In this document: piece after piece, positions 9,281 to 19,124 of the stretch
How positions within the stretch are numbered: the stretch's first letter is position 1
How the letters are laid out: each line of letters starts with the position of its first letter
Assembly (NCBI GenBank): GCA_002419365.1
Contig: DIGA01000095.1
Span: forward strand, 17,636 to 81,635
DNA from: Mageeibacillus sp. UBA5734
GTDB lineage: Bacteria; Bacillota; Clostridia; Saccharofermentanales; UBA5734
DNA: 64,000 bases
Direction: 5' to 3'
The notes under the pieces: generated by a model
Database searches by the model: none
Told to the model about the DNA's origin: nothing
The model's input: the letters and a program-made list of their open reading frames with translations, nothing else
Made by a program: the position numbers and the translations under genes

Positions 9281-11161
9281 TCAGGATTGTCCACCGGATA
9301 TCCGCTCTTCTGCCAGTTGAAGGGGCAGGACAATCTCGACAACAGTCCAAAGGTCCGGGCTCTGGCTGATCTGGAGGCTGGCCTGGCCACGGTAGAGCAG
9401 GCGCAGTCGTTCTGACACATTGCGCAAGCCAATGCCACTGCCGCGCGGATGGTATTCAGCCAGGGCTGCAGGGTCCAGCTGCAAGACGCCCTGGATCACC
9501 GCCAGCTGTTTTTTCTCAATCGGCAGGCCATTGTTGCTGATCTTGATCACCAAAAGCCCCTGGTCATTGACCGCAGCCTGCAGCCGGATCATGAGCGGAT
9601 CACTCGCATTGGCCGGCAGGCCATGCGTCACGGCATTCTCGACCAATGGCTGCAGCAACAGGCGCATGACCAGGCAATCTTTGAGCCCGGCGGCAATGAC
9701 CGGCTCATAGGTGATCCGCTGGTCCAGGCGGATGTTCATGATGGTCAGGTAATGGCCCGCGTGCTCCAGCTCCTCGCTCAGGCGGGCGAACCGGCTGGTC
9801 GTCGAAACACTGTAGCGGAACAGTTTCGAAAGGCTCTGCGTCAAGCTGGAAATCAGCGGCACATGTTCGACCTGGGCGATTCCGTCGATGTTTTCCAGCG
9901 TATTGTAGAGGAAGTGAGGATTGATCTGAGCCTGCATCGCCTCCCAGCGGGCTTCCTGCTGGTTCAGCTCTGCCACATATTTTTCATCGATCAGCAGCTG
10001 GATCTTGGTCAGCATGGTGTTGAAGCGGTTGCTCAACTGTCCGATTTCATCCTGGGAGGTCACGGCAGAGCGGACGGTAAAGTCACCTGCCGAGACCGAC
10101 TTCATCAGCTGGTTCAGCCGGCGGACCGGCACGACAATCCGGTAGGACAGCAGGATGGCGGCCAGCAACGACAGGGCCGAGGCCAGGACAATCACGGTAT
10201 TGACACTGGCCAGGACAGGCTGGATATCGGCCAGAAGATCATCGAGATAATCAAAATAGATGATCCGCCAGTCCAGCGAGCGGACATAATTGGACGTCAG
10301 CAGCATATCCCCTGCTGCTTGATGCAGCGTCACACTCTGAGGAGCCGTTTCACCTGGACGGGCCAGCCGGTCAAACTGGCCGGCCAGATCGAGACTGACC
10401 GTCGCCGACTGGTAAAGCAAGGTGCCCTCGCCGTCCAGGATGCAATAGCCACTGCGCTTGCTGCCCAGAAAAGGCGTGAACAATTTGTCAAATCCGGAAT
10501 AGCGCAAGCTGACGATGACCACGGGCACCGATTCAGGATTCTTGCGTGCATCTGCAAAAGTCACTTTCCGGATATAGAAGATCGCAGGACCACTGCCGGC
10601 CCCTTTGAGCTGACGGGTGATCTCATCATAAAAAGGTTGTTGTGGGCCGATCACCCGGGACGGCTCAGGCTTCGACGTGAAATCGCGGTACCAGGCCATA
10701 TCGGAAATCTGCAAATCGCGGCGGATCTCACCGCCGCCGACCCTCAGATAATGGGCATCGTCCATATAGACCAGGATGCTGGAGACATCGCTTTGCAAGT
10801 CCTTCAGAATGAAGTTCTTGGAAACATACATTTCCGAATCCAGCTGTGCTTTCAGCTTTTCATAGACCGTCTGATCCGGCTGGATGTCGAAAAAAAGCTG
10901 GCTGGAATCCGTCAGGGCGCTGACTCCGGCATCAATCCGCAAAATGTATTTGTCCAGCGTTTCGGAAATGAAGGAAACCACCTTGGCATTATTGGCGATG
11001 GTTTTGGCTTCCACATATTTCTGGTACTGGAAGCGGATCACGGTATTGATCAATACCAGGCTGATCGACAATAAGACCAGATAGCCGACCAGGATCTTGA
11101 AGAAAAGGCTGAACTGGATGGGCTTATTCCGCCTGATCCACGGGGGCATGAGCGGGCTCAC
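9281..11161 (-). CDS. Sensor histidine kinase, YesM-like (2 TM, HAMP, His_kinase, HATPase_c)
   Basis: 626 aa with QINPHFLYNTLENI H-box and C-terminal GSGIGLRNVSERL. The GTG start overlaps the regulator's TGA (GTGA). ATG 11149 is an alternative start. Confidence 0.9.
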   Translation of the reverse strand: MSPLMPPWIRRNKPIQFSLFFKILVGYLVLLSISLVLINTVIRFQYQKYVEAKTIANNAKVVSFISETLDKYILRIDAGVSALTDSSQLFFDIQPDQTVYEKLKAQLDSEMYVSKNFILKDLQSDVSSILVYMDDAHYLRVGGGEIRRDLQISDMAWYRDFTSKPEPSRVIGPQQPFYDEITRQLKGAGSGPAIFYIRKVTFADARKNPESVPVVIVSLRYSGFDKLFTPFLGSKRSGYCILDGEGTLLYQSATVSLDLAGQFDRLARPGETAPQSVTLHQAAGDMLLTSNYVRSLDWRIIYFDYLDDLLADIQPVLASVNTVIVLASALSLLAAILLSYRIVVPVRRLNQLMKSVSAGDFTVRSAVTSQDEIGQLSNRFNTMLTKIQLLIDEKYVAELNQQEARWEAMQAQINPHFLYNTLENIDGIAQVEHVPLISSLTQSLSKLFRYSVSTTSRFARLSEELEHAGHYLTIMNIRLDQRITYEPVIAAGLKDCLVMRLLLQPLVENAVTHGLPANASDPLMIRLQAAVNDQGLLVIKISNNGLPIEKKQLAVIQGVLQLDPAALAEYHPRGSGIGLRNVSERLRLLYRGQASLQISQSPDLWTVVEIVLPLQLAEERISGGQS

Positions 11162-11928
11162 TCAGACGGGGTGCGGTTTTCCGCACTGTATTCAGTCGGG
11201 GCAAGACCGGTCACTTTCTTGAATACACGGCAAAAATAGCGGCAATCGGCAAAGCCCGTCTCCCGGGCGACAGAATGGATGCGCAGATTGGTGGAGCGCA
11301 ACAGACGCATCGCATGTTCGATCCGGATCTGGGTCAAGTGGCTGCTGAAGGTGGTGCCCGTCGTTTCGTGGAACAAAGTGCTCAAGTAATTGGCATTGAC
11401 ATGGTACTTTTCCGCTAGCTCAGCCAGGGTGACCGGTTCACGGTAGTGTGCAGATAAATAATCGAGGACCTGGCGGATGACGGTCTGGTTACCGGTCTCC
11501 TTATCCTGCGCTTCCAGGACCACCAGGTCGCGAATCCCAGTGCGCAGCGCGGGCGAGTGTTCTGGCAGAAGCAGTTTTTCCAGCAAATTGTTCAGCTGGA
11601 TCTTATCAACGGGTTTCAGGAGATAATCGACGGCGCCGAACCGGAGAGCCCTCTGGGCATATTTGAAATCGTCATGGCCAGAGATCATGATGAACCGGGT
11701 CGCCGGCTGCAGCTTCAGCAACGTTTCACACAGGGTGCAGCCATCGTCCCCCGGCATGCAGATATCACTGATGACAATTTCGGGAGAATGCTCCATAAAC
11801 TGGCGGATCGCAGACGGGGCATCCATCGCCTCATCGATGGCCTGAATGCCAAGCCGCGCCTGGTCGATGGCAGCCACCAGCCCTTTGCGAATCCACTTTT
11901 CATCGTCAACGATCAATATTCTGGTCAT
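11158..11928 (-). CDS. Response regulator with AraC-type HTH output (YesN-like)
   Basis: ILIVDDE receiver N-terminus with DICMPGDDG, and a C-terminal AraC HTH (FADCRYFCRVFKKVTGLAPTEY). Confidence 0.9.
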   Translation of the reverse strand: MTRILIVDDEKWIRKGLVAAIDQARLGIQAIDEAMDAPSAIRQFMEHSPEIVISDICMPGDDGCTLCETLLKLQPATRFIMISGHDDFKYAQRALRFGAVDYLLKPVDKIQLNNLLEKLLLPEHSPALRTGIRDLVVLEAQDKETGNQTVIRQVLDYLSAHYREPVTLAELAEKYHVNANYLSTLFHETTGTTFSSHLTQIRIEHAMRLLRSTNLRIHSVARETGFADCRYFCRVFKKVTGLAPTEYSAENRTPSE

Positions 11929-12237
11929 TGTTCCCTACTTTTTTCAGCAGGCAAGGTATCCTACCTTGCTGAACTGAGCCAGGATTTTCCGAATCGTAAT
12001 CAAAATCTCTCCCTGATGGCAGGTTGCTTTTTGCATGTTTCTGACTCTTTCACACAGAGTCTTTAGTTAGTATAGGATGTTTCAGATTTTGATTCAACGC
12101 TTGAGACAACAGGATATTGGTCTCACAGCGCTTTACATAGTCTTAACATTCGTAGCGGGATTCGTAACATAGCCCAGGCATGATCAAACCATTGCTGGAC
12201 GCTGGATGCCCAAAAAACTCATGACAGGAGTACTCTG

Positions 12238-12453
12238 TTGCAAAAATTACTGGGCCTTGGTATGTGCATTGGCTGCGGATATTGTGTCGACCTTTGCCCT
12301 TACCGGGCGATCGTCCCGACAGGGGGGACGATCTGGTTCAATTACAACCTTTGTGCCGGTTGCGCATACTGCCAGCCGGAGAGCGTCTGCCCAGTCGGAG
12401 CCTTTTACGAGGGTGAGCCAGATCCGCGCTTTCAGGACCGGTTGTTTTATTAA
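12238..12453 (+). CDS. Small 2x[4Fe-4S] ferredoxin-like protein (71 aa)
   Basis: CIGCGYCVDLCP plus CAGCAYCQPESVCP cluster motifs. The TTG start at 12238 sits 7 nt after AGGAG. Confidence 0.7.
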   Translation: MQKLLGLGMCIGCGYCVDLCPYRAIVPTGGTIWFNYNLCAGCAYCQPESVCPVGAFYEGEPDPRFQDRLFY

Positions 12454-12577
12454 GCGTAGAAGCAGAAACGTTGCCAAATGCAAACGTATAAGAATCTTCA
12501 GCCGGTCACATATCTAGACACGGCAGAGCCGTTGTTTTCAAACTCAAGGCAGGGGCACCGTCGATGTCAAGTCTCTG

Positions 12578-14134
12578 CTATGCCTTCAACAGCATTTCCC
12601 GATAATCGCGTGGCGTCATGTCTGTGTACTTCTTGAAAGTCATGGTGAAGTATTGCGGCTCATTGTAACCCACCGCATAGGCTATTTCGGTGATTTTTTT
12701 CTTGGGATCCGAAAGCAATTCGATCGCTTTCTGGATCCGAACTTCATTGAGCAGGTCAGAGAAACCTTTTCCAGTTTCATTTGAAATAATCGAGCTGAGG
12801 TATGTGGGGGATAAATAGACTTGCTTGGCTATATCATTCAGTGTGATTCCGTTGTGGTAGTTTTTCTGGATATAGTTCACAATCCTGTTCATCAGGGTCT
12901 GGCGGCTCAATGATTTGATCGAACGATAATCAGCCAGGTCCATGATCAGGCCATTGAATACATCGTTGAGTTCATCCAGGGATTCGCAGCTGACGATTTT
13001 CCGGAAGCTGGCATATTTATCAAACATTAGTCCGATCTGTCGCGTGTCATCCTTTAAGACGCGTTTGATGATGAGTATGATCGCACTGATAGAAACACTT
13101 TTGATCAAGTCGATCTGATCCCCCAGCTGCAACAGGGTCTCTTTGAATAGCTGGTTGCAATCCAGGCTCAAGGTGCTGTTATCGGCCCTGTCCAGCCATT
13201 CAACAACCTGGTCGCAAATGCGGTTGATGATCTTGTAATGCTGATGGTTCTTTTCAAGGCTGCCGTTCACGTCCGATATGAAAAAATTGATGCTTCCATT
13301 TCCCGAAAAGAACTTGCGCCCAAGAGCTCTCAGGCTTTCGACATAGGCTTCATGGAGCTGGTCGATCCGGTCATGCACCAGACTGACCCCAAGGGAGAGT
13401 GACGCCCGGAAGGTGTCTGTTGCCCGGGCCAGGACCTGGTTGAGGAACTGGCGCAGGGAGTCATTGTCCGAGTGCTGTGTATCGCTTTTTACGACCATGG
13501 CCAAATTCTGGTCATCGACCCGCGTCAAAGTGACGGATTGACCTGTGATCAAGGTCTCCAGATAGGTCTGCAGGTTTTGCTGCCGGACAAGGTCCCCCAT
13601 CTCATAATCAAAGCGGAAAACAACAACCTGGAACCGGTCCAGACTATCGAGGAAGCTTTTGACCTGAGGAACGATTTCGGTTGACTTATAGATTTTTCCA
13701 GTCAAGAGATACCGCAAGACTTGCTCACGCTGATTGAGGATCCGTTTATTTTCCTGCTGGCTATAGATTTTATCAATCAGTTTGTTGATCGCGTCCAGCA
13801 ATTCCGAATAGACGATCGGCTTGGTCAGGAAAAAGGACGCGCCCAGGTTAATTGCGTCCCTGGCATAATCGAAACTGCGGTGTCCGGTCAGGATAATGAA
13901 CTGTGTTTCAGGATATTGTTCGCGAACATAGCGGAGGAAAGTCAGACCATCCACACCCGGCATGACGATATCCGAAATAATGATATCCGGCTGGTTTTTC
14001 ATGCACATGGCCAGGGCACTGATGCCGGAGTCTGCTGCTTCCATCAATTCACAACCCATCTCACGCCAGGGGAATGCCTTTGCCAGGCTATTTCTGATCC
14101 CTGCCTCGTCTTCAACGATGAGTATCTTGATCAT
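12578..14134 (-). CDS. Response regulator with AraC-type HTH output (YesN-like, 518 aa)
   Basis: MIKILIVEDE receiver, DIVMPGVDG, and a C-terminal AraC HTH (YNEPQYFTMTFKKYTDMTPRDY). Overlaps the kinase gene by 23 nt. Confidence 0.9.
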   Translation of the reverse strand: MIKILIVEDEAGIRNSLAKAFPWREMGCELMEAADSGISALAMCMKNQPDIIISDIVMPGVDGLTFLRYVREQYPETQFIILTGHRSFDYARDAINLGASFFLTKPIVYSELLDAINKLIDKIYSQQENKRILNQREQVLRYLLTGKIYKSTEIVPQVKSFLDSLDRFQVVVFRFDYEMGDLVRQQNLQTYLETLITGQSVTLTRVDDQNLAMVVKSDTQHSDNDSLRQFLNQVLARATDTFRASLSLGVSLVHDRIDQLHEAYVESLRALGRKFFSGNGSINFFISDVNGSLEKNHQHYKIINRICDQVVEWLDRADNSTLSLDCNQLFKETLLQLGDQIDLIKSVSISAIILIIKRVLKDDTRQIGLMFDKYASFRKIVSCESLDELNDVFNGLIMDLADYRSIKSLSRQTLMNRIVNYIQKNYHNGITLNDIAKQVYLSPTYLSSIISNETGKGFSDLLNEVRIQKAIELLSDPKKKITEIAYAVGYNEPQYFTMTFKKYTDMTPRDYREMLLKA

Positions 14135-15938
14135 GAATGTCCTTTCCTTCGTCTTTCAGCAAGGGAACGCGCAGCGTGATACGGGTTCCTTCGGCCAGAT
14201 TGCTTTCGATCGCCAAACCATACTCATCCCCATAGAGCAGATGGATGCGCTGCTGAATGTTGGCCAAGGCTATGCCATGTTTCCCTGCGACTGTTGTTTC
14301 ATTGTCTGCAGCTCCAAGATCCAGCGCCTTTTGCAGGACATTGCTGCGCATGCCAACCCCATCATCTACGACTTGGATAACCATGTCCTTCTTGTCCCGA
14401 AAAACTTCAAGGGAAACTTGTCCCGACGAAGTCTTTGGTGCCAGACCATGTGTGATGGCATTTTCAAGGATTGGCTGGATGACGAGCTTGGGAATCTGAT
14501 ACTGCAAAAGCTCTTCTGGAACATGGATCCGGACCGCGATCTTGTCCACATATTTTGACCGAATGATCTTGACATAGTGTTCAATGTACTTGAGTTCTTC
14601 AGCTAGTGTAAACGTCTGGTCGCCATCGGCATAGAGCTCCGTCTCCAGCATGTAGCTCAGACTATGGATCATATCACAGACCTGGTCCGCCTCATATTCG
14701 TGGGCTTTCCAGCTGATCATCTGCAGGGTGTTGAACAAGAAATGGGGGTTGATCTTGGCCAGGAGATTGCGCAGCTGTGCTTCTTTTTCTGCAAGCCGGA
14801 TTTTATAGACCGTATTGATCAGATTGTTCAATTTTGCCGTCATCTCATTGAAGCCGCGGTTGAACAGGCTGACTTCGCGGATCGACGAACGCGTCTGAAG
14901 GCTCATCGCCAGATTGCCTTGCTCTGCCTGGCTCATGGCCCTGACCAGGCTGCCGATCGGTCTGCTGACCCGCTGTGCGATCATGACCGCGAGGAAAATG
15001 CCAATGGCAGCAATGGCGGCTGCAAACACATAAAGAAAGCCAACCAGTTTGTCCAAGCTGGAAAACAAGATGTCTTTATCAATCAAGACGATGGTGGTCC
15101 ATTTTTCATAAGGGAAAGAGGCTGCCACATCTTCCAGGCGGCTGAATATGATCAGCTGGCTGGAGTTGCTGATGGTACCGGACTGCTTGTTCTGGATCAG
15201 GTCGGCATACTCCGCTGTCGTCCCAAGGGCCTTTTTATCATTGGCACCCATGACGCGTGCCTGTTCATCCGCAATATACATTTTGTCGATGCTGATGGTA
15301 TTGAAAGCGTTGAATTTGTCGAGGAGGAAATCCACAGACATCCGGATGACAAGCAGGGCCTCCGTCTCGTATGTTGCAGGATCATAAATCAAGCGTGAAA
15401 TGTCTATGCTGTCAGACTCCGGATTGTATCCGATCCAGTTCAATTCCATCGGATAGACCAAGGCTTGTGTCATGTAGTCACTCTGGAAGGGCTGGCTCAG
15501 ACGGGTCGGTTTGTTGCCATAGGAATAGACTGCGCCCGTGGATTTGACATAGAGGTCGATATTCTGGACATAGTACTGGTCCAGTGAGCGAGGCGATAAG
15601 TAGTCAGCCATCAATTGACTGAAGCCAAAATTCAAAACTGTGTCAGACTCATCCGATTCAACAAGCAATTGAAAGGCTGGTTCTTCAATCAGCTGGTCGA
15701 TTTTGGCGTCGAAATCCCGCAGGGCATAGGCAATGCCCGTGCTGGTCTGGACAGCGATATCCTGGGAATAATTCTCTGCCTGGTCAGCATAGATGGATTC
15801 ATAAAGATTTTTCGGTACAACCAGCAAAGCCAGCGTCATCATGACAACAACACCCGAGATGAACAGCACCATGTAGTTTTTCAAGCTTAACGTCAGTTTC
15901 AAAGCTAATAAAACCCCTTTTAGCGCTTCTCTATCCAT
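14112..15938 (-). CDS. Sensor histidine kinase, YesM-like
   Basis: 608 aa: N-terminal TM, extracytoplasmic domain, second TM, HAMP, KINPHFLFNTLQMI H-box and an HATPase C-terminus. Confidence 0.9.
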   Translation of the reverse strand: MDREALKGVLLALKLTLSLKNYMVLFISGVVVMMTLALLVVPKNLYESIYADQAENYSQDIAVQTSTGIAYALRDFDAKIDQLIEEPAFQLLVESDESDTVLNFGFSQLMADYLSPRSLDQYYVQNIDLYVKSTGAVYSYGNKPTRLSQPFQSDYMTQALVYPMELNWIGYNPESDSIDISRLIYDPATYETEALLVIRMSVDFLLDKFNAFNTISIDKMYIADEQARVMGANDKKALGTTAEYADLIQNKQSGTISNSSQLIIFSRLEDVAASFPYEKWTTIVLIDKDILFSSLDKLVGFLYVFAAAIAAIGIFLAVMIAQRVSRPIGSLVRAMSQAEQGNLAMSLQTRSSIREVSLFNRGFNEMTAKLNNLINTVYKIRLAEKEAQLRNLLAKINPHFLFNTLQMISWKAHEYEADQVCDMIHSLSYMLETELYADGDQTFTLAEELKYIEHYVKIIRSKYVDKIAVRIHVPEELLQYQIPKLVIQPILENAITHGLAPKTSSGQVSLEVFRDKKDMVIQVVDDGVGMRSNVLQKALDLGAADNETTVAGKHGIALANIQQRIHLLYGDEYGLAIESNLAEGTRITLRVPLLKDEGKDIHDQDTHR

Positions 15939-16181
15939 TCGGCATCAGATGATTTGACAAACACTTCCCTTATAACACGACAGGCTTCCACCTGTCCAGA
16001 ATGAATAGAACCGACATCGATCAAACTGTTTATTTTAGGTAGTATGCCTATATTTTATACATTCTTAGCATTTTGCTACGATCGTAATAAATTATAAGTG
16101 AAAAACCTGATGATAATTGATTTACTTAAGGTTCATAAAATCTTAACATCTAGGTGTCGCACGATTGGAATTGGAGTGAAC

Positions 16182-17549
16182 ATGACCAAGAAGGGTTGCT
16201 CGTTTGTCAGGTCAATCATCGTTTTGCTGATGATCAGTTTCTTGCTGGCAGGATGCCAGTCCAGTCAGGTCATTCCATCCAGTTCCAGTTCAACGCCTGC
16301 GAGCGAGATCAGCCAGGCATCTGAAAAACCAGTCGAGATCAATGTCGCCTGGCAATATATCAAGGATAGCCAACAGCAGGTTTGGTTCAAGTATATTTTT
16401 GAACCATTTACTGACAAGCATCCTGGAGTAAAAGTCAATTTCCGTACCTATCCTGACTGGCAGACATCCGTCCGAATCCAGATCGCAGCCGGCGCAGGAC
16501 CAGACATGTTCTACATGGACAGCTTTGATGTACCTTACTACGCGACTCGCAATCAGATCCTGAACCTTGAAAACTATCGCAAACAGTATAACCTGGACCA
16601 GGTCATGTACGACTGGGCGATCCGGGCCACCCTATACAATGGCCAGATGTATGCTTTGCCACAATCTGTGGAGGCAACCGCCCTGACCTACAACAAAACC
16701 TTGCTCAATCGCCTTGGTTTTGATGTGCCAAGGACACGCGAAGAGTACGTTGCCCTGTGCGAAGCAGCCTTGGATGCCAATTTGATTCCCGTTGCGTTTG
16801 GGTACCAGGGCGTCAACATCCTGTTGAACTGGTATGTTGAACACTATTTGACGACGTATTGCGGTGCAGATGTCATCCGTGAAATGCTTGAAGGCGTTCG
16901 TCCGTTCAACGATCCTGTCATCAGGGACGCGTTTAAATTGATGAAAGCGGACTGGGATGCAGGCTACATTGGCGGTCGGCGCAGTGCAGCAACTCCACTC
17001 AACGAAGCCAGGGAACAGTTTAGCAACCAGCAAGCCGTCATGAATTTCGAAGGGGCCTGGCTGACCATGGTGGATACAGCCCCGGGAACGTGGAAATTCG
17101 ATTGGGGGCAAACCATCTGGCCGTCGATGCGTGACGGGGTGCCACCCGCATCAGCCATCTCCCTGGGGGAAGCAATCGGGATTTCTTCAACCTCAAGGAA
17201 TGCCGACCTCTGTGTCGAGATGATGATGGACTACTACCTGGATGAGAAAGTTGCTGCCCAAGTCGTTGCCTCCGGATTTTCCACACCTGCCCGTCCCATA
17301 GACCCCTCCCTCTTTCCTGCTGACATGCCAGGTGACATCAAAAAAGCCCTCGATGCCCAAGCCTATAACATGAACCAGCCAGGAACAGGCTATGCACCCT
17401 GGGGGTTTTTCCCCACCGGGCTGAACGAATACATTTTGACCAACTTTGAAAAGCTGCTCTATAACCAGATGACCCTACACGACTTCATGGCCAAAGGCCA
17501 ACCCATTCTCGAACAGGATTTTGCCGAAGGATTTGTCTTCGCCGGTTAA
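16182..17549 (+). CDS. CUT1-type extracellular solute-binding lipoprotein with no cognate CUT1 permeases (candidate sensor partner)
   Basis: MTKKGCSFVRSIIVLLMISFLLAGC lipobox with a Ser-rich tether. Start set at ATG 16182 behind GGAG. The genes that follow are CUT2-type, not CUT1 permeases. Confidence 0.85.
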   Translation: MTKKGCSFVRSIIVLLMISFLLAGCQSSQVIPSSSSSTPASEISQASEKPVEINVAWQYIKDSQQQVWFKYIFEPFTDKHPGVKVNFRTYPDWQTSVRIQIAAGAGPDMFYMDSFDVPYYATRNQILNLENYRKQYNLDQVMYDWAIRATLYNGQMYALPQSVEATALTYNKTLLNRLGFDVPRTREEYVALCEAALDANLIPVAFGYQGVNILLNWYVEHYLTTYCGADVIREMLEGVRPFNDPVIRDAFKLMKADWDAGYIGGRRSAATPLNEAREQFSNQQAVMNFEGAWLTMVDTAPGTWKFDWGQTIWPSMRDGVPPASAISLGEAIGISSTSRNADLCVEMMMDYYLDEKVAAQVVASGFSTPARPIDPSLFPADMPGDIKKALDAQAYNMNQPGTGYAPWGFFPTGLNEYILTNFEKLLYNQMTLHDFMAKGQPILEQDFAEGFVFAG

Positions 17550-17589
17550 ACGGCCAGGCACAAAATAAAAGAAAGAACAGGAAGCGGCC

Positions 17590-19098
17590 ATGGAAAGTGA
17601 ATATTTTCTCCGTGTCAGGAATGTCAGCAAGACATTCCCCAGTGTTAAAGCGCTCGATAACGTCTCCTTCAGTGTAAAAAAGGGAGAGGTCCATGCTTTG
17701 ATTGGCGAAAACGGGGCTGGTAAATCAACCCTGATCAAGGTCCTGGCTGGCGTTTATGAGCCCGATCCCGGTGCCCATATTGAAATCGAAGGTGAAGTCA
17801 TCGGCAAACTGAATCCGATTACCTCCGTTCGCCATGGCATCTCGATCATTTTCCAGGATTTCTCGTTATTCGCCAATTTGACGGTCGCCGAAAATATTGC
17901 GATGAGCAGCTCGCTCCAGCAGGGCAGCACCCTGGTCGACTGGAAAGACATGCGCCAAGTCGCCCGCAAAGCCATCGATTACCTCGGTGTCGATATCCCG
18001 CTGGACAGCCGGCTGGGCAACTTGTCCATCGCCAAACAGCAGCTGGTGGCCATTGCGCGTTCACTGGCCAGCAATGCCAAGCTGATCATCATGGACGAAC
18101 CAACATCCGCACTCTCCAAGGGTGAAGTCGACTTGCTGTTCAAGATCATCCGCAACTTGCAGGCGGATGGCATTGCCGTCGTTTTCGTCAGCCACAAGCT
18201 GGAGGAACTTTTTGAAGTCTGCGAAACCTTCACCGTGCTCCGGGACGGCAAATTCATTGGCGACTATCCCGCCAAAGACATGGATAACAATAAACTGATT
18301 GCCCTGATGGTCGGTCGTTCTGTCTCCTACGACCGGCTCGAAGCCAAGGCAATCGGCGATACAATCCTCGAAGTCCAGAGTCTGGCCAAAGCAGGCAACT
18401 TCAAGGACATTTCCTTCCAGCTCCACCGTGGTGAAATCCTCGGGATCACTGGGTTGGTCGGATCCGGACGCACCGAAATGGTCCATGCCCTGTTTGGTCT
18501 GAACAAGCCCGACAGCGGTACGATTCTGCTCAATGGCAGCCCGGTCGATTTTTCCACCCCCAGCGATGCTGTGGCAGCCGGGATCGCTTTTGTGCCAGAA
18601 AACCGTGCCCTCGAAGGTTTGGTCCTGCGCCAGAACATGCGCGACAACATCACGCTGGCGGTTCTCAACCAGTTGACCAATTCACTCAAGCTGATCGATC
18701 AGAAAAGGCTCCAGGCAGAAGCAAGCAAATGGATCAGTGAAATCAATGTACGCCCGGCTGTTCCGGACATGTTGGCTGGCCAGTTCTCGGGGGGCAATGC
18801 GCAGCGGATCGTCATTGGCAAATGGCTGGCAACCCATCCGAAGATCCTGATCATTGATGAGCCCACCAATGGCATCGATGTCGGTGCCAAAGCAGAAATC
18901 CATCGTTTGATGCGTCAACTGGCAGATGACGGCATGGCTGTCATCATGATTTCTTCTGAACTTCCTGAAGTGCTCGCCATCAGCGACAGAGTCCTGGTCA
19001 TGCGCCGGGGACGGATCAACGGCGAATTCACAGGCAGCCAGATCAATTCCGAAGCCATCATGAACAAGGCCTTCCTTGCTGACAACAAGGTCGGCTGA
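17590..19098 (+). CDS. CUT2 (ribose/galactoside-type) ABC transporter ATPase with duplicated ATP-binding domains
   Basis: 502 aa with two Walker A sites (GENGAGKST, GLVGSGRTE) and signature motifs, giving an RbsA/MglA-like architecture. Confidence 0.92.
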   Translation: MESEYFLRVRNVSKTFPSVKALDNVSFSVKKGEVHALIGENGAGKSTLIKVLAGVYEPDPGAHIEIEGEVIGKLNPITSVRHGISIIFQDFSLFANLTVAENIAMSSSLQQGSTLVDWKDMRQVARKAIDYLGVDIPLDSRLGNLSIAKQQLVAIARSLASNAKLIIMDEPTSALSKGEVDLLFKIIRNLQADGIAVVFVSHKLEELFEVCETFTVLRDGKFIGDYPAKDMDNNKLIALMVGRSVSYDRLEAKAIGDTILEVQSLAKAGNFKDISFQLHRGEILGITGLVGSGRTEMVHALFGLNKPDSGTILLNGSPVDFSTPSDAVAAGIAFVPENRALEGLVLRQNMRDNITLAVLNQLTNSLKLIDQKRLQAEASKWISEINVRPAVPDMLAGQFSGGNAQRIVIGKWLATHPKILIIDEPTNGIDVGAKAEIHRLMRQLADDGMAVIMISSELPEVLAISDRVLVMRRGRINGEFTGSQINSEAIMNKAFLADNKVG

Positions 19099-19124
19099 GG
19101 ATCAAACGTGAGGAGAATCAGCGC

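Noticed and set aside
12206-12517. 103-aa ORF overlapping the ferredoxin gene in another frame
   Set aside because: It has no motifs. The 71-aa frame has two complete Fe-S cluster signatures and an RBS-supported TTG start.
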